From contig JAWCLH010000013.1 of NCBI GenBank assembly GCA_038851035.1, positions 10,970 to 74,969 on the forward strand: a stretch of DNA of 64,000 nt. Reading direction: 5' to 3'. Both the position numbers and the translations under genes were made by a program. The stretch is from Thermoplasmata archaeon (GTDB taxonomy: Archaea > Thermoplasmatota > DTKX01 > VGTL01). Below, piece by piece: positions 47,068-62,734 of this stretch. The notes under the pieces were generated by a model, which was given only the letters and a program-made list of their open reading frames with translations, was not told the DNA's origin and did no database searches. How positions within the stretch are numbered: position 1 is the first letter of the stretch; the number at the start of each line of letters is the position of its first letter.

Positions 47068-47432
47068 GCGGGAGCGCGCCGGAAGAAAGAGACGGGCCCC
47101 TTTCTCATGGGGGACAATTCGCGGCCCCCCGACGGATGGGACACTCTGCCGGCACGGGTCCCCGGGAGGGCAACGCGCCGCGCCGGCGTTGTCCGGGCCG
47201 TTTGCGGAGCCGGGGGCGCGGTGCGGGGCGGCCTCGTGCCAACGTCCTGACACATTCCGCCCGCTCGCGCACGCCGGCGCCTCTCGCGGCCCGCGCGCAT
47301 TCAGAGAACCCTTACCTGCAGTAACAGCCATGGGCCTCCGGCGCCCGGCTTCCGGCCCCTCCCGGCAACCCCGCCTATACACGTAGAAACATTAAAGCCG
47401 GCCCGGCGCATAACGCGCGCCGCCGGGAGTCA

Positions 47433-47858
47433 ATGGAGATCAAGCTGGACGAGGATGCGCTCAAGCTCATCGCGCTCTTCGAGACTGTGACGAGGGCGGA
47501 GGTCAGGGACTGCATCGCCTCTGAAGAAAGGGTGATTTTTATTGTTGGCGAGGGGCAGGCGCGCGCGGCAATGGGCGAGAGGGGGCAGAGGCTCAAGCGC
47601 CTCAGGAGTCTTCTGAAAAAGAATGTGGAGGTCATCGAGTGGTCCGGGGAGCCCGAGAGGTTCATCAGAAACATCTTCCATAACTTCAAAGTCAGGGGTG
47701 TGAGGCTGGAGCGGAGGGCCGGAAGGCTGACCGCGGTCGTGGAGGTGGACCCGGACGAGAAGGCCCGCGCGATAGGAAAGGGCGGGCGGAACCTCTATCA
47801 GGCGCGCGAGATTCTAGCGAGGCACTTCGGCGACATAGATGGACTCGTGGTGGCCTAG
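47433..47858 (+). CDS. nusA: archaeal NusA-like transcription factor (two KH domains)
   Basis: ~140 aa with two KH-type GxxG loops (VGEGQARAAMGERGQ; IGKGGRNL). The pattern matches short archaeal NusA normally encoded after L30e in the RNAP operon. Confidence 0.7.
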   Translation: MEIKLDEDALKLIALFETVTRAEVRDCIASEERVIFIVGEGQARAAMGERGQRLKRLRSLLKKNVEVIEWSGEPERFIRNIFHNFKVRGVRLERRAGRLTAVVEVDPDEKARAIGKGGRNLYQAREILARHFGDIDGLVVA

Positions 47859-48057
47859 GCGAAACGCGCGGCGCCGGCGGAGTGTTGAGACGGGACGCTG
47901 TTAGACCCGGCGACAGAAGGACGGGAGCTCCAATGGCTCACCGAGCTCGGTGGCGCGGGAGAATCCGGCCCAGGTCCTTCCCCCCGGCCTCCACCGTGCA
48001 CCCCGAGTTTCTCGGGAACCAAAGAATTTATAGCTCAAGCGACTGTGCCCGCGGGCG

Positions 48058-49236
48058 ATGGACCTCTTCACCCACATGCTGGTCTCTTATCTGCTCGGGC
48101 AGGGCTTCGGCCTGCTCTCGGGCGGGGTCACAGAGCCCCAGCTACTCTTCGGCGTCATAGCGGGCGTTCTGCCCGACATCGATGTCTTCGCGTTTCCCCT
48201 GTGGCACAGGCTCCCGCGCCTCAGGCACCACGGCATCACCCACTCCCTCCTCCTCCCGGCGGTGATGGCGCTCGTCCTCCCTCTCGTTGTCTCTCTTTTC
48301 TGGCGTCTCGACCCCCTCCCCCTCATTGCCCTCGGCCTTATGACGGGCGTTTTCCATGTCCTCAGCGACCTCCTGACGAACTTTCCCGTACCTCTCCTCG
48401 CCCCGCTGAGCTGGAGGGGCTACAGCTTCGCAATTGACGCCGCAGTCAACCCCTATGTCCTCTTCTCAAGTCTGGCCCTCATTTTTTTCTTCTGGAACCT
48501 AAGGGCGATCGGCTACGACTATGGAACCTTCAGGCTAATGCTCCTCGCCGTCGCGCTGCTTATTTTACTCCACTTCATTGTGAAGTGCGGCACGAAGCTC
48601 GTCCTCCGACGTAGATATCGCGCCGCAGCAGCCCGTGTTGACGCGGAGCCGACCTTCCGCTACCTGACCTGGTATATAAAGCTTAGCAGAGAGGTCGATG
48701 GGGCCATCCTGACGGAGTATCAGAAGCTCCGCATCGGCCGGGAGGCGAGGAGGAGCCTCTTCTACGAGGTCTCGCCTCCCGCGGACTGGAGCGCGTCTGC
48801 CCGCTCAGAGGCTCCAACGCTCGAGCCGGGGGCGGAGGGAGTGGCTGGAGGAACCCCGGTGGAATGTCAGGCCCCCGAGAAACCCCTTCCTGAGCGACTA
48901 GGGGGTTCTGGAGCCGAAGCTGGCGCCGTAGCCCGAGGTGAGCCACGGGATGGAGCGCTGGGAACCGCCGGTTCTGGAGGAGGGGCGGCTGGGGGCTTCC
49001 TGAGCGCCGACGCCGCTATCATCGCCAGCTACCGTCTGGTCAGGGGGTGGCGCGACATCCTCGGGAGCGATGATGAGGCAGCCGCCATAGTATCAGAGCG
49101 CCCGGGAGGCGGCTGGGAGGTCTTCTGGTTCCGCTGGTGGTCAGCCTACAGACCCCCTGTAAAAGGGCTGGTGGTCACGGTCCTCCCCAGCGGTTCAATG
49201 GAGGTTGCGGAGGTTTGCAGGAGGGTAGAGCTCTGA
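48058..49236 (+). CDS. membrane-bound metal-dependent hydrolase (YdjM/DUF457-like) with C-terminal extension
   Basis: MDLFTHMLVSYLLG... and HHGITHSLL histidine motifs in a 4-5 TM N-terminal domain typical of the YdjM family; ~180-aa soluble C-terminal tail. Confidence 0.55.
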   Translation: MDLFTHMLVSYLLGQGFGLLSGGVTEPQLLFGVIAGVLPDIDVFAFPLWHRLPRLRHHGITHSLLLPAVMALVLPLVVSLFWRLDPLPLIALGLMTGVFHVLSDLLTNFPVPLLAPLSWRGYSFAIDAAVNPYVLFSSLALIFFFWNLRAIGYDYGTFRLMLLAVALLILLHFIVKCGTKLVLRRRYRAAAARVDAEPTFRYLTWYIKLSREVDGAILTEYQKLRIGREARRSLFYEVSPPADWSASARSEAPTLEPGAEGVAGGTPVECQAPEKPLPERLGGSGAEAGAVARGEPRDGALGTAGSGGGAAGGFLSADAAIIASYRLVRGWRDILGSDDEAAAIVSERPGGGWEVFWFRWWSAYRPPVKGLVVTVLPSGSMEVAEVCRRVEL

Positions 49237-49307
49237 GGGAGGCCCTAACACCTCGAGAGGCACCCTGGGCTCCGGGCGCTCTGGGGCTCCTGAGAAATTA
49301 GGCGAGC

Positions 49308-49598
49308 CTACTTCAGAACGCTCATTATCTGAGACTCGCCTGGGTTAAGCACCGTCAGGACCGAGACGGCAAAGGGCTTCCCGCACGCAGAGCCAAGCTC
49401 AAGGCTCGTTCCCGGGAATCTGTATACGGGAGCGCCCTCGAACTTCGCGATGGCCTCCGCGTTCTCTTTTGACACATTGCTCGCGACAATGACCAGCTTC
49501 GCCGTGCCCGACTTGAGGGCCTTTTTCGCTTGGTCGGCCCCGAGCAGCACCTTTCCCGTCGTCACAAGTGTCCTGAGCTCCCTTGTGATGTCAATCAT
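49308..49598 (-). CDS. rpl30e: ribosomal protein L30e
   Basis: MIDITRELRTLVTTGKVLLGADQAKKAL...KLVIVASN... matches L30e. Start taken at the internal Met; the ORF extends to 49649. Conserved position after rpoA''. Confidence 0.8.
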   Translation of the reverse strand: MIDITRELRTLVTTGKVLLGADQAKKALKSGTAKLVIVASNVSKENAEAIAKFEGAPVYRFPGTSLELGSACGKPFAVSVLTVLNPGESQIMSVLK

Positions 49599-49656
49599 CC
49601 CTCTGCCCTCCTGTCTTCTCCCTCCATCCAGCGGTTGACGAGAGCCCACGGCCGCC

Positions 49657-53711
<4,055 letters not shown>

Positions 53712-53721
53712 CGCACCACCC

Positions 53722-56700
53722 CTACTTCAGGTCCTCCAGCTGGAGCCGCATGGCGACCCCGAGCGAGAGGAGCTCGTCCATCAGGAGCTTGAAGGCGTAG
53801 CTGGTCTGAATCGGGTGGATGTTGCCCGTGTCGCCGCAGACCGGGCACCTGAGGAAGCCCCGGCGGTCCAGCATCGCGATGTGGCCACACTTCGGGTTTC
53901 CGCAGACGTACTGAATGGTTCCGTCCGACTCGTCGAGCAGCTTGTCTTTGATCACCATGGCTGCGCCATGCCCAATCAGGCAGTCCCTCTCCATCTCCCC
54001 GAACCTCAGGCCGCCCTGGCGCGCCCGGCCCTCGGTGGGCTGGCGAGTGAGTATCTGAACGGGACCCCGCGAGCGCACGTGGAGCTTACCCGCGGCCATG
54101 TGGTGCAGCTTCTGGTAGTAGATGACGCCGATGAAGATATCGGCCTCAATCATCCTTCCGGTCTTTCCGTCATACATCCTCTCCCGGCCGTTCTCCTTGA
54201 AGCCGGCGCTAATCAGCGCGCGCCTGAGCTCGGCCTCCGGCTCCCCGCCAAAGGGGGTCCCGTCCACCATCCTTGCCTCCATGCACCCGACCTTCCCCCC
54301 GATCATCTCGAGCACGTGGGCCACGGTCATGCGCGATGGAATCGCGTGCGGGTTGATGATTAGGTCTGGTGTGACCCCGTCGGCCGTGAAAGGTAGGTCC
54401 TCCTGGGGCACTATTAGGCCGATGACGCCCTTCTGGCCGTGGCGGCTCGCGAACTTGTCCCCGAGCTCGGGTATCCTCTCGTCCCTCACGTACACTTTGA
54501 CCATCCTTGACCCATTCTCGGACTCTGTCAGGAGAACGTTGTCGACCCAGCCCTGCTCCCCGTGCCTGACGGTGATCGAGGTCTCTCGGCGCTTCTGGGG
54601 GGTCAGGAAGTCGGTCTGCTCCTCCAGGAAGCGGGGTGGTGAGGTCTTGCCCACCAGCACGTCGCCTCCCTTGACCGCCACCTCAGGGCTGATCAGGCCG
54701 TCCTCGTCGAGCGAGCTGTAGGTGACGTCGACCCTAGCTCCCCTGATGTCCGGGCTGGGAATCTCGAAGTGGTCTTCCTGCCCGCCCGGGTACCTCCTCT
54801 CCTCCGCCCTGTATGTCCTCAGGAAGTGCGAGCGTCCCAGACCCCTCTCTATCGAGGCGCGGTTGAAAACTAGTGCGTCCTCCATGTTGTAGCCGTAATA
54901 TGAGAGAATCGCCACCACGAAGTTCTGGCCCGCGGGCCTGCGCTTGAAGTTCACGAATTCCATCGCCTTGGTCTGCACGATGGGCAACTGGGGGTAGTGA
55001 AGGATGTGGCCCCTGGTGTCGGGCCGAATTCTAAAGTTGGCCGAGGCGAGGCCCAAGCTCTGCTTCGCCATCCCGGCGCCCATTGTATTCCGGGGCGATG
55101 AGTTGTGCTCTGGGTAGGGGATGAGGGAGGTACATACGCCCAGAATCACCATCGGGTCGATCTCGAGGTGGGTGTGCTCGGGGGTGAGCTCGCTCTCCCT
55201 GACCGCGATGAAGGCGTTCTCTTCCTCCTCTGCGTCGAGCCACTCGATGACACCCTCCCTGACCAGGTGCTCTACGGTTATCCTGCCGCTCCTGAGGTCC
55301 TCCAGATGGCGCTCGGTAAGGAGGCACTTGCCGTTCTTGACGACCAGCAGCGGCCTCCTCAGGCGGCCCTCGTCGCAGTTGATTATAATCTCATTAGTGG
55401 TCTCGTCGTACCTGATGTTGATCTCGGGCGAGAGCAGGCCCTGCCTCCTCCTCTCCCTTATCTCCTCCACGAGCTCCCGGGGCTTCTCGTGCATGCCGAC
55501 CAAGTCCCCGTTTACGTAGATCCTTGTCTCGCTGACGTGCTCTCCCCCCTTGATCTCCTTCAGGCCGATGTTGTTCAGGAACCACTTCACCTCTTCCTCA
55601 TCGAAGCCCTTCGTGACCTCGACGATGAGGGCGTAGTTCTTCACCAGCCCGCAGTTCTGCCCCTCGGGTGTCTCGTTGGGGCAGAGGCGGCCCCACTGGG
55701 TCGGGTGGAGGTCACGGGCCTCGAAGTGGGGCTGGGAGCGGGTCAGGGGGCTGGTGACGCGCCTGAGGTGGCTCAGGGCGGCCATGTTGCAGGTCCTGTC
55801 GAGGAGCTGGGAGACCCCGACCCTCCCGCCAACCCAGTTTCCCGTGGCGAGGGCGTGGAAGAGCCTCTGGGAGAGGATGTCAGGGCGAATCGCGGACGCT
55901 ATCTTCAGGTCCCTCCTCCTCCCGAATCCACGCTCGAGCTGGTATTTCAGGTCCTTGCACAGGTTGGTGAAGGCCACGCGGAATAGGTCCTCCATCAGGT
56001 CCCCGGCGAGCTTGAGCCTCTTGTTGGCATAGTGGTCCTTGTCGTCCTCCTTTCTCTTGCCGAGGGAGAGCTCGAGCACCGACCTCGCCACCCGGCCGAG
56101 GAATATCGCCTTCTTGAGCCTGTCCTTCTTCGTGTCGCCCAGGTGGGGGAGCAGGGAGCGGTCGATGATGCTCTCTACCTTCTTCGTCCTGTACTCCTTG
56201 GCCTGGCCCGTGGCGAACTTCTTTTCGAGATAGATTATCGCGTCCTCGGTGGTGAACACGCCGTCCGGAGGATAGAGCTTCTTGTCCTGGCACTCCTCCA
56301 GATTGGCGAAGATTATATTCGACATCGCCGGGTCGGAGACTATCGCCCTGTGGATGTCCTCGTCCTTCTCCATCCCGAGGGCCTTCATCAGGATGACCAG
56401 CGGTATCTGGCCGCTCGCCGCCGGGACCGACACGATCAGCATACCGTCGGTCTTCTTCTCAACGACTGTCAGGGCTCGGTAGCCCTCCTTCTGCGAGAAA
56501 ACCTTTGCAATCTCGACTCTGTGGCCGTAGCGCTCGTCATATTCCACCATCACGCGGTTTGGGGCCAGGTCCTCAAGTGAGATTAGGACGCGCTCAGTGC
56601 CGCTGATGATGAAGTACCCGCCCATGTCGAGCGGGTCCTCGCCCATCTCGATAAGCTTCCAGTTATATTCCTCATCAGTCAGCTCCCCGTCGCTCTTTAT

Positions 56701-57183
56701 GTTCTCCCTGTGGAGGTTGCACTTGCGCGAGCGTACCATTATCGGCAGGTCTCCGATGTGCACCTTCTCGGGCTCGCGGTCTATGCCGTTCTCCACCACC
56801 GTGAACTCGAGGTAAATCGGCGCCTTGTAGGTCAGGGAGCGGAGCCGGGCCTCCATCGGCGTGAGCTCGTGGGAGGAGCCGTCGGCCTCCTTGACCACCG
56901 GCAGCCCAACGCTGATGGTCGGCCTGGCGCGCGGCGATATGTTCCCCGTAACTGGGTCCCGGGCCCTGCCCATGTGAATCTCGATGGTCTCGTGTCCGCT
57001 CTTGTCGAGCTCGAGCTTTATGACCCCCCTCTCTGTGTCATCCTCGCTGACGCGGACGCTGTCAACGATTTTCTGCATACGGTTGTTCGGGTTGTCCGGA
57101 GTTGGGAGGAAGGTGTTGAAAGACTCGAGATGATGGTTTACTATGCTCCGGTTTTTAAAAAAGAACTCAACCAGCTCCTGCAT
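53722..57183 (-). CDS. rpoB: DNA-directed RNA polymerase subunit B (unsplit)
   Basis: Full-length ~1150 aa. Start inferred at [23 protein letters not shown], preceded by the SD-like AGGTGGTG; the ORF track extends spuriously to 57369. Conserved [12 protein letters not shown] and C-terminal Zn motif CxxC...CxxC. Confidence 0.95.
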   Translation of the reverse strand: MQELVEFFFKNRSIVNHHLESFNTFLPTPDNPNNRMQKIVDSVRVSEDDTERGVIKLELDKSGHETIEIHMGRARDPVTGNISPRARPTISVGLPVVKEADGSSHELTPMEARLRSLTYKAPIYLEFTVVENGIDREPEKVHIGDLPIMVRSRKCNLHRENIKSDGELTDEEYNWKLIEMGEDPLDMGGYFIISGTERVLISLEDLAPNRVMVEYDERYGHRVEIAKVFSQKEGYRALTVVEKKTDGMLIVSVPAASGQIPLVILMKALGMEKDEDIHRAIVSDPAMSNIIFANLEECQDKKLYPPDGVFTTEDAIIYLEKKFATGQAKEYRTKKVESIIDRSLLPHLGDTKKDRLKKAIFLGRVARSVLELSLGKRKEDDKDHYANKRLKLAGDLMEDLFRVAFTNLCKDLKYQLERGFGRRRDLKIASAIRPDILSQRLFHALATGNWVGGRVGVSQLLDRTCNMAALSHLRRVTSPLTRSQPHFEARDLHPTQWGRLCPNETPEGQNCGLVKNYALIVEVTKGFDEEEVKWFLNNIGLKEIKGGEHVSETRIYVNGDLVGMHEKPRELVEEIRERRRQGLLSPEINIRYDETTNEIIINCDEGRLRRPLLVVKNGKCLLTERHLEDLRSGRITVEHLVREGVIEWLDAEEEENAFIAVRESELTPEHTHLEIDPMVILGVCTSLIPYPEHNSSPRNTMGAGMAKQSLGLASANFRIRPDTRGHILHYPQLPIVQTKAMEFVNFKRRPAGQNFVVAILSYYGYNMEDALVFNRASIERGLGRSHFLRTYRAEERRYPGGQEDHFEIPSPDIRGARVDVTYSSLDEDGLISPEVAVKGGDVLVGKTSPPRFLEEQTDFLTPQKRRETSITVRHGEQGWVDNVLLTESENGSRMVKVYVRDERIPELGDKFASRHGQKGVIGLIVPQEDLPFTADGVTPDLIINPHAIPSRMTVAHVLEMIGGKVGCMEARMVDGTPFGGEPEAELRRALISAGFKENGRERMYDGKTGRMIEADIFIGVIYYQKLHHMAAGKLHVRSRGPVQILTRQPTEGRARQGGLRFGEMERDCLIGHGAAMVIKDKLLDESDGTIQYVCGNPKCGHIAMLDRRGFLRCPVCGDTGNIHPIQTSYAFKLLMDELLSLGVAMRLQLEDLK

Positions 57184-57193
57184 CGCACCACCT

Positions 57194-57451
57194 CTAGTCC
57201 ACGACCACCCTGTAGCAGACGTACTTCCCTGCCGTCTCGCTGCTCCTGATGATTTTAATGATTCTCCCGCGCCGAATCTCCTCCCCCGCCTGCGCCTCCA
57301 GCGCTTGAATACACGGGTCCGACTTGCGAATCTTCGGGAGTGAGTCCTTGGTTGTCTTGTACTTCGCAAGAACCTCTTTCTCCTCCTCCTCGGACAGAAG
57401 GATATGCATCGGAACCAGCTGATGACTCATCACGCTGAACTTCTGCTCCAT
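57194..57451 (-). CDS. rpoH: DNA-directed RNA polymerase subunit H (Rpb5 homolog)
   Basis: [23 protein letters not shown]...LPKI...DP...[29 protein letters not shown] matches the RpoH consensus; sits immediately upstream of rpoB. Confidence 0.9.
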   Translation of the reverse strand: MEQKFSVMSHQLVPMHILLSEEEEKEVLAKYKTTKDSLPKIRKSDPCIQALEAQAGEEIRRGRIIKIIRSSETAGKYVCYRVVVD

Positions 57452-57509
57452 TTATACCACCCGCTTCCTTCTGCTCCTCTACGACGCTCCTACCGCACTT
57501 TTCGCTCAC

Positions 57510-57675
57510 GGGCCTGAGGGGATTCGAACCCCTGGCCACCTGGTGTCCACGCCCGCTGAGGTTCAGCAGCGAACATAAAAGCCAGGTGCTCTTTCTAGGG
57601 GCGCCTCGACCGGTCCGCGAGTCATGCGCGCGGTGTGTCTGGGGAGCGCGCCCTACCTAGCTGAGCTACAGGCCC
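57510..57675 (-). tRNA. tRNA gene with ~95-100-nt insertion (intron); anticodon not resolved by eye
   Basis: Minus strand reads 5'-GGGCCTG-TA-GCTCAGCTAGGTAGGGC... and ends ...AGGGG-TTCGAAT-CCCCT-CAGGCCC-G. Acceptor stem is 7/7 paired, D-arm is canonical, and the T-arm has the GTTCGAATC signature. About 100 nt between the D-arm and T-arm exceed any variable arm, so an intron is implied. Confidence 0.55.
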
Positions 57676-57699
57676 ACATGATACCGTCCATAAAGCCTA

Positions 57700-57953
57700 G
57701 GTCCCTGCCAACAACTTCAATAATTTCTGAGGCCATTGCCACCCCGGCCCTCCCCCCCGGTTCTGTCAATATTTATATTTTACCTCCGGATTGAGCATGT
57801 GCATACATCAACACCTATTTATATTTAATCGATAAATACCAGAATTTTTATATTTATTTTTATAACAAAGGATGTTTTTTCAATAGTTCACAACAGGCCG
57901 GAGGGGGCGCCTTCTCAAATCCCCTTCAACGGTTAACATTGCAATAGAAAAAG
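57700..57953. promoter_or_regulatory. AT-rich island between two tRNA genes (promoter/terminator region)
   Basis: tcaatatttatattttacc...tatttatatttaatcgataaatacc...tttatatttatttttataacaaagg is ~75% AT in a 65% GC genome. It contains TATA-like boxes upstream of the intron-tRNA, and a T5 run on the minus strand immediately 3' of tRNA-Ser (57947-57951). Confidence 0.4.
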
Positions 57954-58038
57954 CGCGGGGAGGGGGATTTGAACCCCCGTGGTGCATGGCACCAGCGGGT
58001 TAGCAACCCGCCGCCTTGCCGGGCTGGGCCATCCCCGC
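57954..58038 (-). tRNA. tRNA-Ser (GCT anticodon), class II with long variable arm
   Basis: Minus strand: GCGGGGA-TG-GCC-CAGCCCGGCAA-GGC-G-GCGGG-TTGCTAA-CCCGC-TGGTGCCATGCACCAC-GGGGG-TTCAAAT-CCCCC-TCCCCGC-G. Anticodon loop is TT-GCT-AA. A 16-nt variable arm fits Ser. CCA is not encoded; followed by T5. Confidence 0.85.
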
Positions 58039-58230
58039 GCTGCGATTTGGTAGGCGGGGACAGAGAGCCCGGCAAGGCTTGCCTCCGAAGGCGAGCGAGC
58101 ATGAGCGAGCTCGCCGAGGCACGGAGGACCGTGAGGTCTTCCAGGCCGAAGGCGAGCGAGCATGAGCGAGCTCGCCGAGGCGCAGAGGCCCTGAGGGCCT
58201 CGGCGTGCCGGGCTGGGCCATCCCCGCGCT
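58017..58230. repeat. 25-bp direct repeat of the tRNA-Ser 5' end flanking a ~160-bp segment with a 60-bp tandem duplication
   Basis: tgccgggctgggccatccccgcgct occurs at 58017-58041 (inside the tRNA) and again at 58206-58230. Between them, ccgaaggcgagcgagcatgagcgagctcgccgaggc occurs twice (58085-58120, 58145-58180), each containing an internal inverted repeat (gcgagc...gctcgc). Confidence 0.6.
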
Positions 58231-58633
58231 TATACCGCCCGATGGCCCGCGTGCGGTTGCTGAAGCCATCGGACGCCATCATGGAGAGCTGAATGAGACC
58301 GAGATATATAGAGGTTTGCGGGCTGACGGGCGCCCCATCACGGGGACGGCGCTCTCTCTAGGAAATATTTTCGCGGCTCCGAGTCCCCCAAGAAGCGCTC
58401 GTTCCCACACAGCACAACGGAGCGGGCTCTTCACGAACTTCGCTGGCCCAAACCTCCACCGCACCCCTCCCGGCTAGTCTTCGCCTTGACACAGCAGCTC
58501 CGCTAACCTGTTTCATATAAAAACTTGGACGCTCGATGAGTTTGGCGCCCAGGAGCCACCAGTTCGTCTGCAACAAGGTAGACCTGCCTCATTTCCCGTT
58601 GGTCACGGGCAGGACCACCGATGTTGTTTACGT

Positions 58634-60102
<1,469 letters not shown>

Positions 60103-60480
60103 GGAAGAAACGGTCACATAGACTTCTCTAAACGAACTGGCGGTTCCTGAGTATCGCCTCATCATCGAGCGTCGGAGCCAAGAGGTCCCGTAACCGGTTT
60201 TCTCGGCTCTCCATCTCTATCGCGATCAATGGACCTGACTGCTCATGGCCGGAATTCGCACGAATTCCGCTCGCAGCCATCGCCTTCCAGACCGCGGCCC
60301 GCGTCTTCCACGGGCAATCAGCTCTTATTACAAACGCATTATATAAAATTTATGCAGACGACCCCGGCCCGAGCGGCCCGCGAAAGCCCGCCTCTGCAGC
60401 TAGTGCCGCCGTGCGCTCTGGAGGGACCCGTGCCCTCCGATACTTTTTTACCGTCCACTAGTATTGGACCACGCTCGCAG
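60103..60480. promoter_or_regulatory. 16S rRNA leader/promoter region, also upstream of the divergent mscS-like gene
   Basis: AT-rich ttacaaacgcattatataaaatttatgcag (60327-60356) with TATA-like box. Perfect 9-2-9 palindrome cggaattcg-ca-cgaattccg (60249-60269) in the 16S leader. Confidence 0.4.
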
Positions 60481-62031
60481 ATGAAGGGCGATAAAATGAG
60501 GATGGCGGAGTGTCTCCGGCTCGCAGCCACGCTCGCACTGGTGGCAGCCCTCGTGCTCCAGACCCCCTCCGCCCGGGCTGGGCCTGGCGAGGACGTCAAG
60601 ATTCTAAACAGGGACGCGAGCTACGAGAGGGAGGTCGTCGGGGGCGAGAGGGCCACGGCGGGCTGGTTCGCCGTGAACATGAATAATATCACCTCCTACA
60701 ACGTCCGGCTTGGCCTTGCGGACGACTACGGCACCTGGAGGCTCTCGCTGGAGCCGTCGACCTTCGCCCTCTCCCCTAACTCCGCTCAAGAGTTTCAGCT
60801 CGTGTTTGACTCAAGGCGGTCGAACCTGGGGGAGACGAAGACGGTGGTGGTCCGGATAAACGTGACCGAGATAACGACCTCCACAACCCCCGCCTCCTTC
60901 GAGCTCTCTAGGTCCGTGACTTTCACAGTCGTCGCCCAGCCGACGCAGGAGGTCCACGGTCTGGACCTGCTCGGTTACCACTTGAGCCTGCCGGAGCCTC
61001 TGGACAACAGGTGGGGCCGTTTCGCCATTCTGGTCCTGATATGGTTCGTCGTGGGTGCCCTCGCGACCTTCGCCATCATTCCCTTCCTCAGGAAGCTCGC
61101 GAAGAGGACGAAGACGAAGTACGACGACATCGTGCTGGACATTATCAGCATCCCCGTTCTCGCAATAATCGTTCTCTGGGGCGTTATCGACTCCCTCGCG
61201 CAGCTGGAGCTTAGGGCCGACGTCATATCGTGGCTCGTTCGCGCGCGGGACCTTGTGATAATCCTCATTCTGTGTTACGTTGGATACAAGATATTCAAGG
61301 GCGTCCTCATCAGCTGGTTGAAGGAGGTCGCCGAGAGGACCGAGAGCCGCGTGGACGACGTTCTTGTGCCCGTGTTCGACAACATCGGGACCGTGGTGAT
61401 AGTGGTCATCGCCTGCATCTTCGTCCTGAACTACCTCGGCATAAACGTCACTGTCTTCCTGGCGGGCATGGGCGTGGCCGGCCTCGTCATCGCCTTCGCC
61501 GCACAGGACACCCTCTCCAACTTTTTCGCGGGCGTCCACCTCCTCCTCGACAGACCATTCTCGGTGGGGGAGACGATAGTGCTCGAGAACGGGGACTACT
61601 GCGAGGTGAAGCATATAGGGATGAGGAGCACCCAGCTCTACAACCTCTTCACCGTGGACACGATATCGATACCCAATAGCAAGATCGCGAACATGCAGAT
61701 AATCAACGTCTGCCGCCCCACGAGGATGGAGAAGGCGGTGGTCGAGCTCAGCGTCGCCTACGACAGCGACCTGGACAAGGTCGAGAAGATAATAGACGAG
61801 GTTGTCAGCTCCCACCCGAATGTGGTCAAGGACGAGAAGCACAGGCACATCATCCGCCTGACCGAGTTCGGCGATAGCGGAATCAAGTACAAGGTGTGGT
61901 TCGTCGTCGACGACTTCCAGAACAGGTGGCGCGTCAGCCACGAGCTCCGCAAGGAGGTATTCAAGCGCTTCCGGAGGGAGGGCGTGGAGGTTCCCTTCCC
62001 CCAGAGGGTGGTCCGCGTCCGAAGGGATTGA
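60481..62031 (+). CDS. MscS-family mechanosensitive channel with N-terminal secreted domain
   Basis: Signal peptide MKGDKMRMAECLRLAATLALVAALVL, ~170-aa extracytoplasmic domain and multiple TM helices. MscS core: ...ITVFLAGMGVAGLVIAFAAQDTLSNFFAGVHLLLDRPFSVGETIV... (pore-lining TM3 and beta-domain). ORF track start at 60229 lies in the rRNA leader and is unlikely. Confidence 0.8.
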   Translation: MKGDKMRMAECLRLAATLALVAALVLQTPSARAGPGEDVKILNRDASYEREVVGGERATAGWFAVNMNNITSYNVRLGLADDYGTWRLSLEPSTFALSPNSAQEFQLVFDSRRSNLGETKTVVVRINVTEITTSTTPASFELSRSVTFTVVAQPTQEVHGLDLLGYHLSLPEPLDNRWGRFAILVLIWFVVGALATFAIIPFLRKLAKRTKTKYDDIVLDIISIPVLAIIVLWGVIDSLAQLELRADVISWLVRARDLVIILILCYVGYKIFKGVLISWLKEVAERTESRVDDVLVPVFDNIGTVVIVVIACIFVLNYLGINVTVFLAGMGVAGLVIAFAAQDTLSNFFAGVHLLLDRPFSVGETIVLENGDYCEVKHIGMRSTQLYNLFTVDTISIPNSKIANMQIINVCRPTRMEKAVVELSVAYDSDLDKVEKIIDEVVSSHPNVVKDEKHRHIIRLTEFGDSGIKYKVWFVVDDFQNRWRVSHELRKEVFKRFRREGVEVPFPQRVVRVRRD

Positions 62032-62734
62032 GGCTCTCCTCCGGCAGAATGTCCTTAGGGTTAGTCATCTGCTGCTCTGCGAGGTCGAAGAGGAATCGGT
62101 TGCTCTCGTTCTCGCGCAGGGGGCGGAGATGCAGGAGGGCCTCGAAGTGCTTCTTCGCTTCCCTCTTCCTCCCCAACCTCCTCGATATCTCGCCCATGAG
62201 GTACCGGATGTGGAGTGCGTCCTCGGTGTGGGGCCTGACTTTACTCAGGGCCTCTTCGAGCTTCTTCAGGGCGAGCTTGCCGTACTTCGCCCTCTCCTCG
62301 GGCCCGCTCCACCAGAACGGCTGTACGAAGCTCAGGGCGCGGTCGAAGGGGGTTTCCTGAATATGGCCCAGGTACTGTAGGAGCTCCCCGACCTCCGCAC
62401 CGTAGTAAAGCCGCGCCGGGAGTGAGGTCTCGATTCCCTCGCCGTATTTGGAATAGAGCACCCTGAGGCACTCTGCAAGCTCCCTCTTCTGCGTCCCGGA
62501 GAGCTCGAGCTGGAAGTACTCCTGGTCCGCGCAGAGCTTGCAGCAGGGGCATAGGTGGTAGTAGAGCCTCATGGGGTTGGGCTCCTCATAATTTGGCCTG
62601 AAGTCAGTCCTGCGCGTCTCGTAGCCGAAGGACTTCGCCTCCCAGGAGATGAAGAATGTGTCGCATACAGGGCAGGTCAGGGAGATCGAGTCCATCTTCG
62701 TCCTGTCCCTCTCCCTGTCCCTCTCGGCCTGCAT
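61961..62734 (-). CDS. zinc-finger (C4) / helical-repeat protein, DUF2225-like
   Basis: CPVCD...CPCCKLC zinc-ribbon pairs followed by a TPR-like helical region. Start inferred at the ATG overlapping the trxB stop (TAATG); the ORF extends to 62818. Confidence 0.5.
   Translation of the reverse strand: MQAERDRERDRTKMDSISLTCPVCDTFFISWEAKSFGYETRRTDFRPNYEEPNPMRLYYHLCPCCKLCADQEYFQLELSGTQKRELAECLRVLYSKYGEGIETSLPARLYYGAEVGELLQYLGHIQETPFDRALSFVQPFWWSGPEERAKYGKLALKKLEEALSKVRPHTEDALHIRYLMGEISRRLGRKREAKKHFEALLHLRPLRENESNRFLFDLAEQQMTNPKDILPEESLNPFGRGPPSGGREPPRPPSGSA

Noticed and set aside
46444-47382. 312-aa minus-strand ORF overlapping mscL
   Set aside because: Antisense to a clear MscL gene and a GC-rich noncoding stretch; Arg/Gly-rich.
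57184-57369. N-terminal 62-codon extension of rpoB in the ORF track
   Set aside because: The Arg-rich extension overlaps the rpoH coding region. The conserved RpoB N-terminus begins at the internal Met (57183), which is preceded by an SD-like sequence.
60811-61941. 376-aa minus-strand ORF
   Set aside because: Antisense to the MscS-family channel gene; Asp/Val/His-rich artefact.
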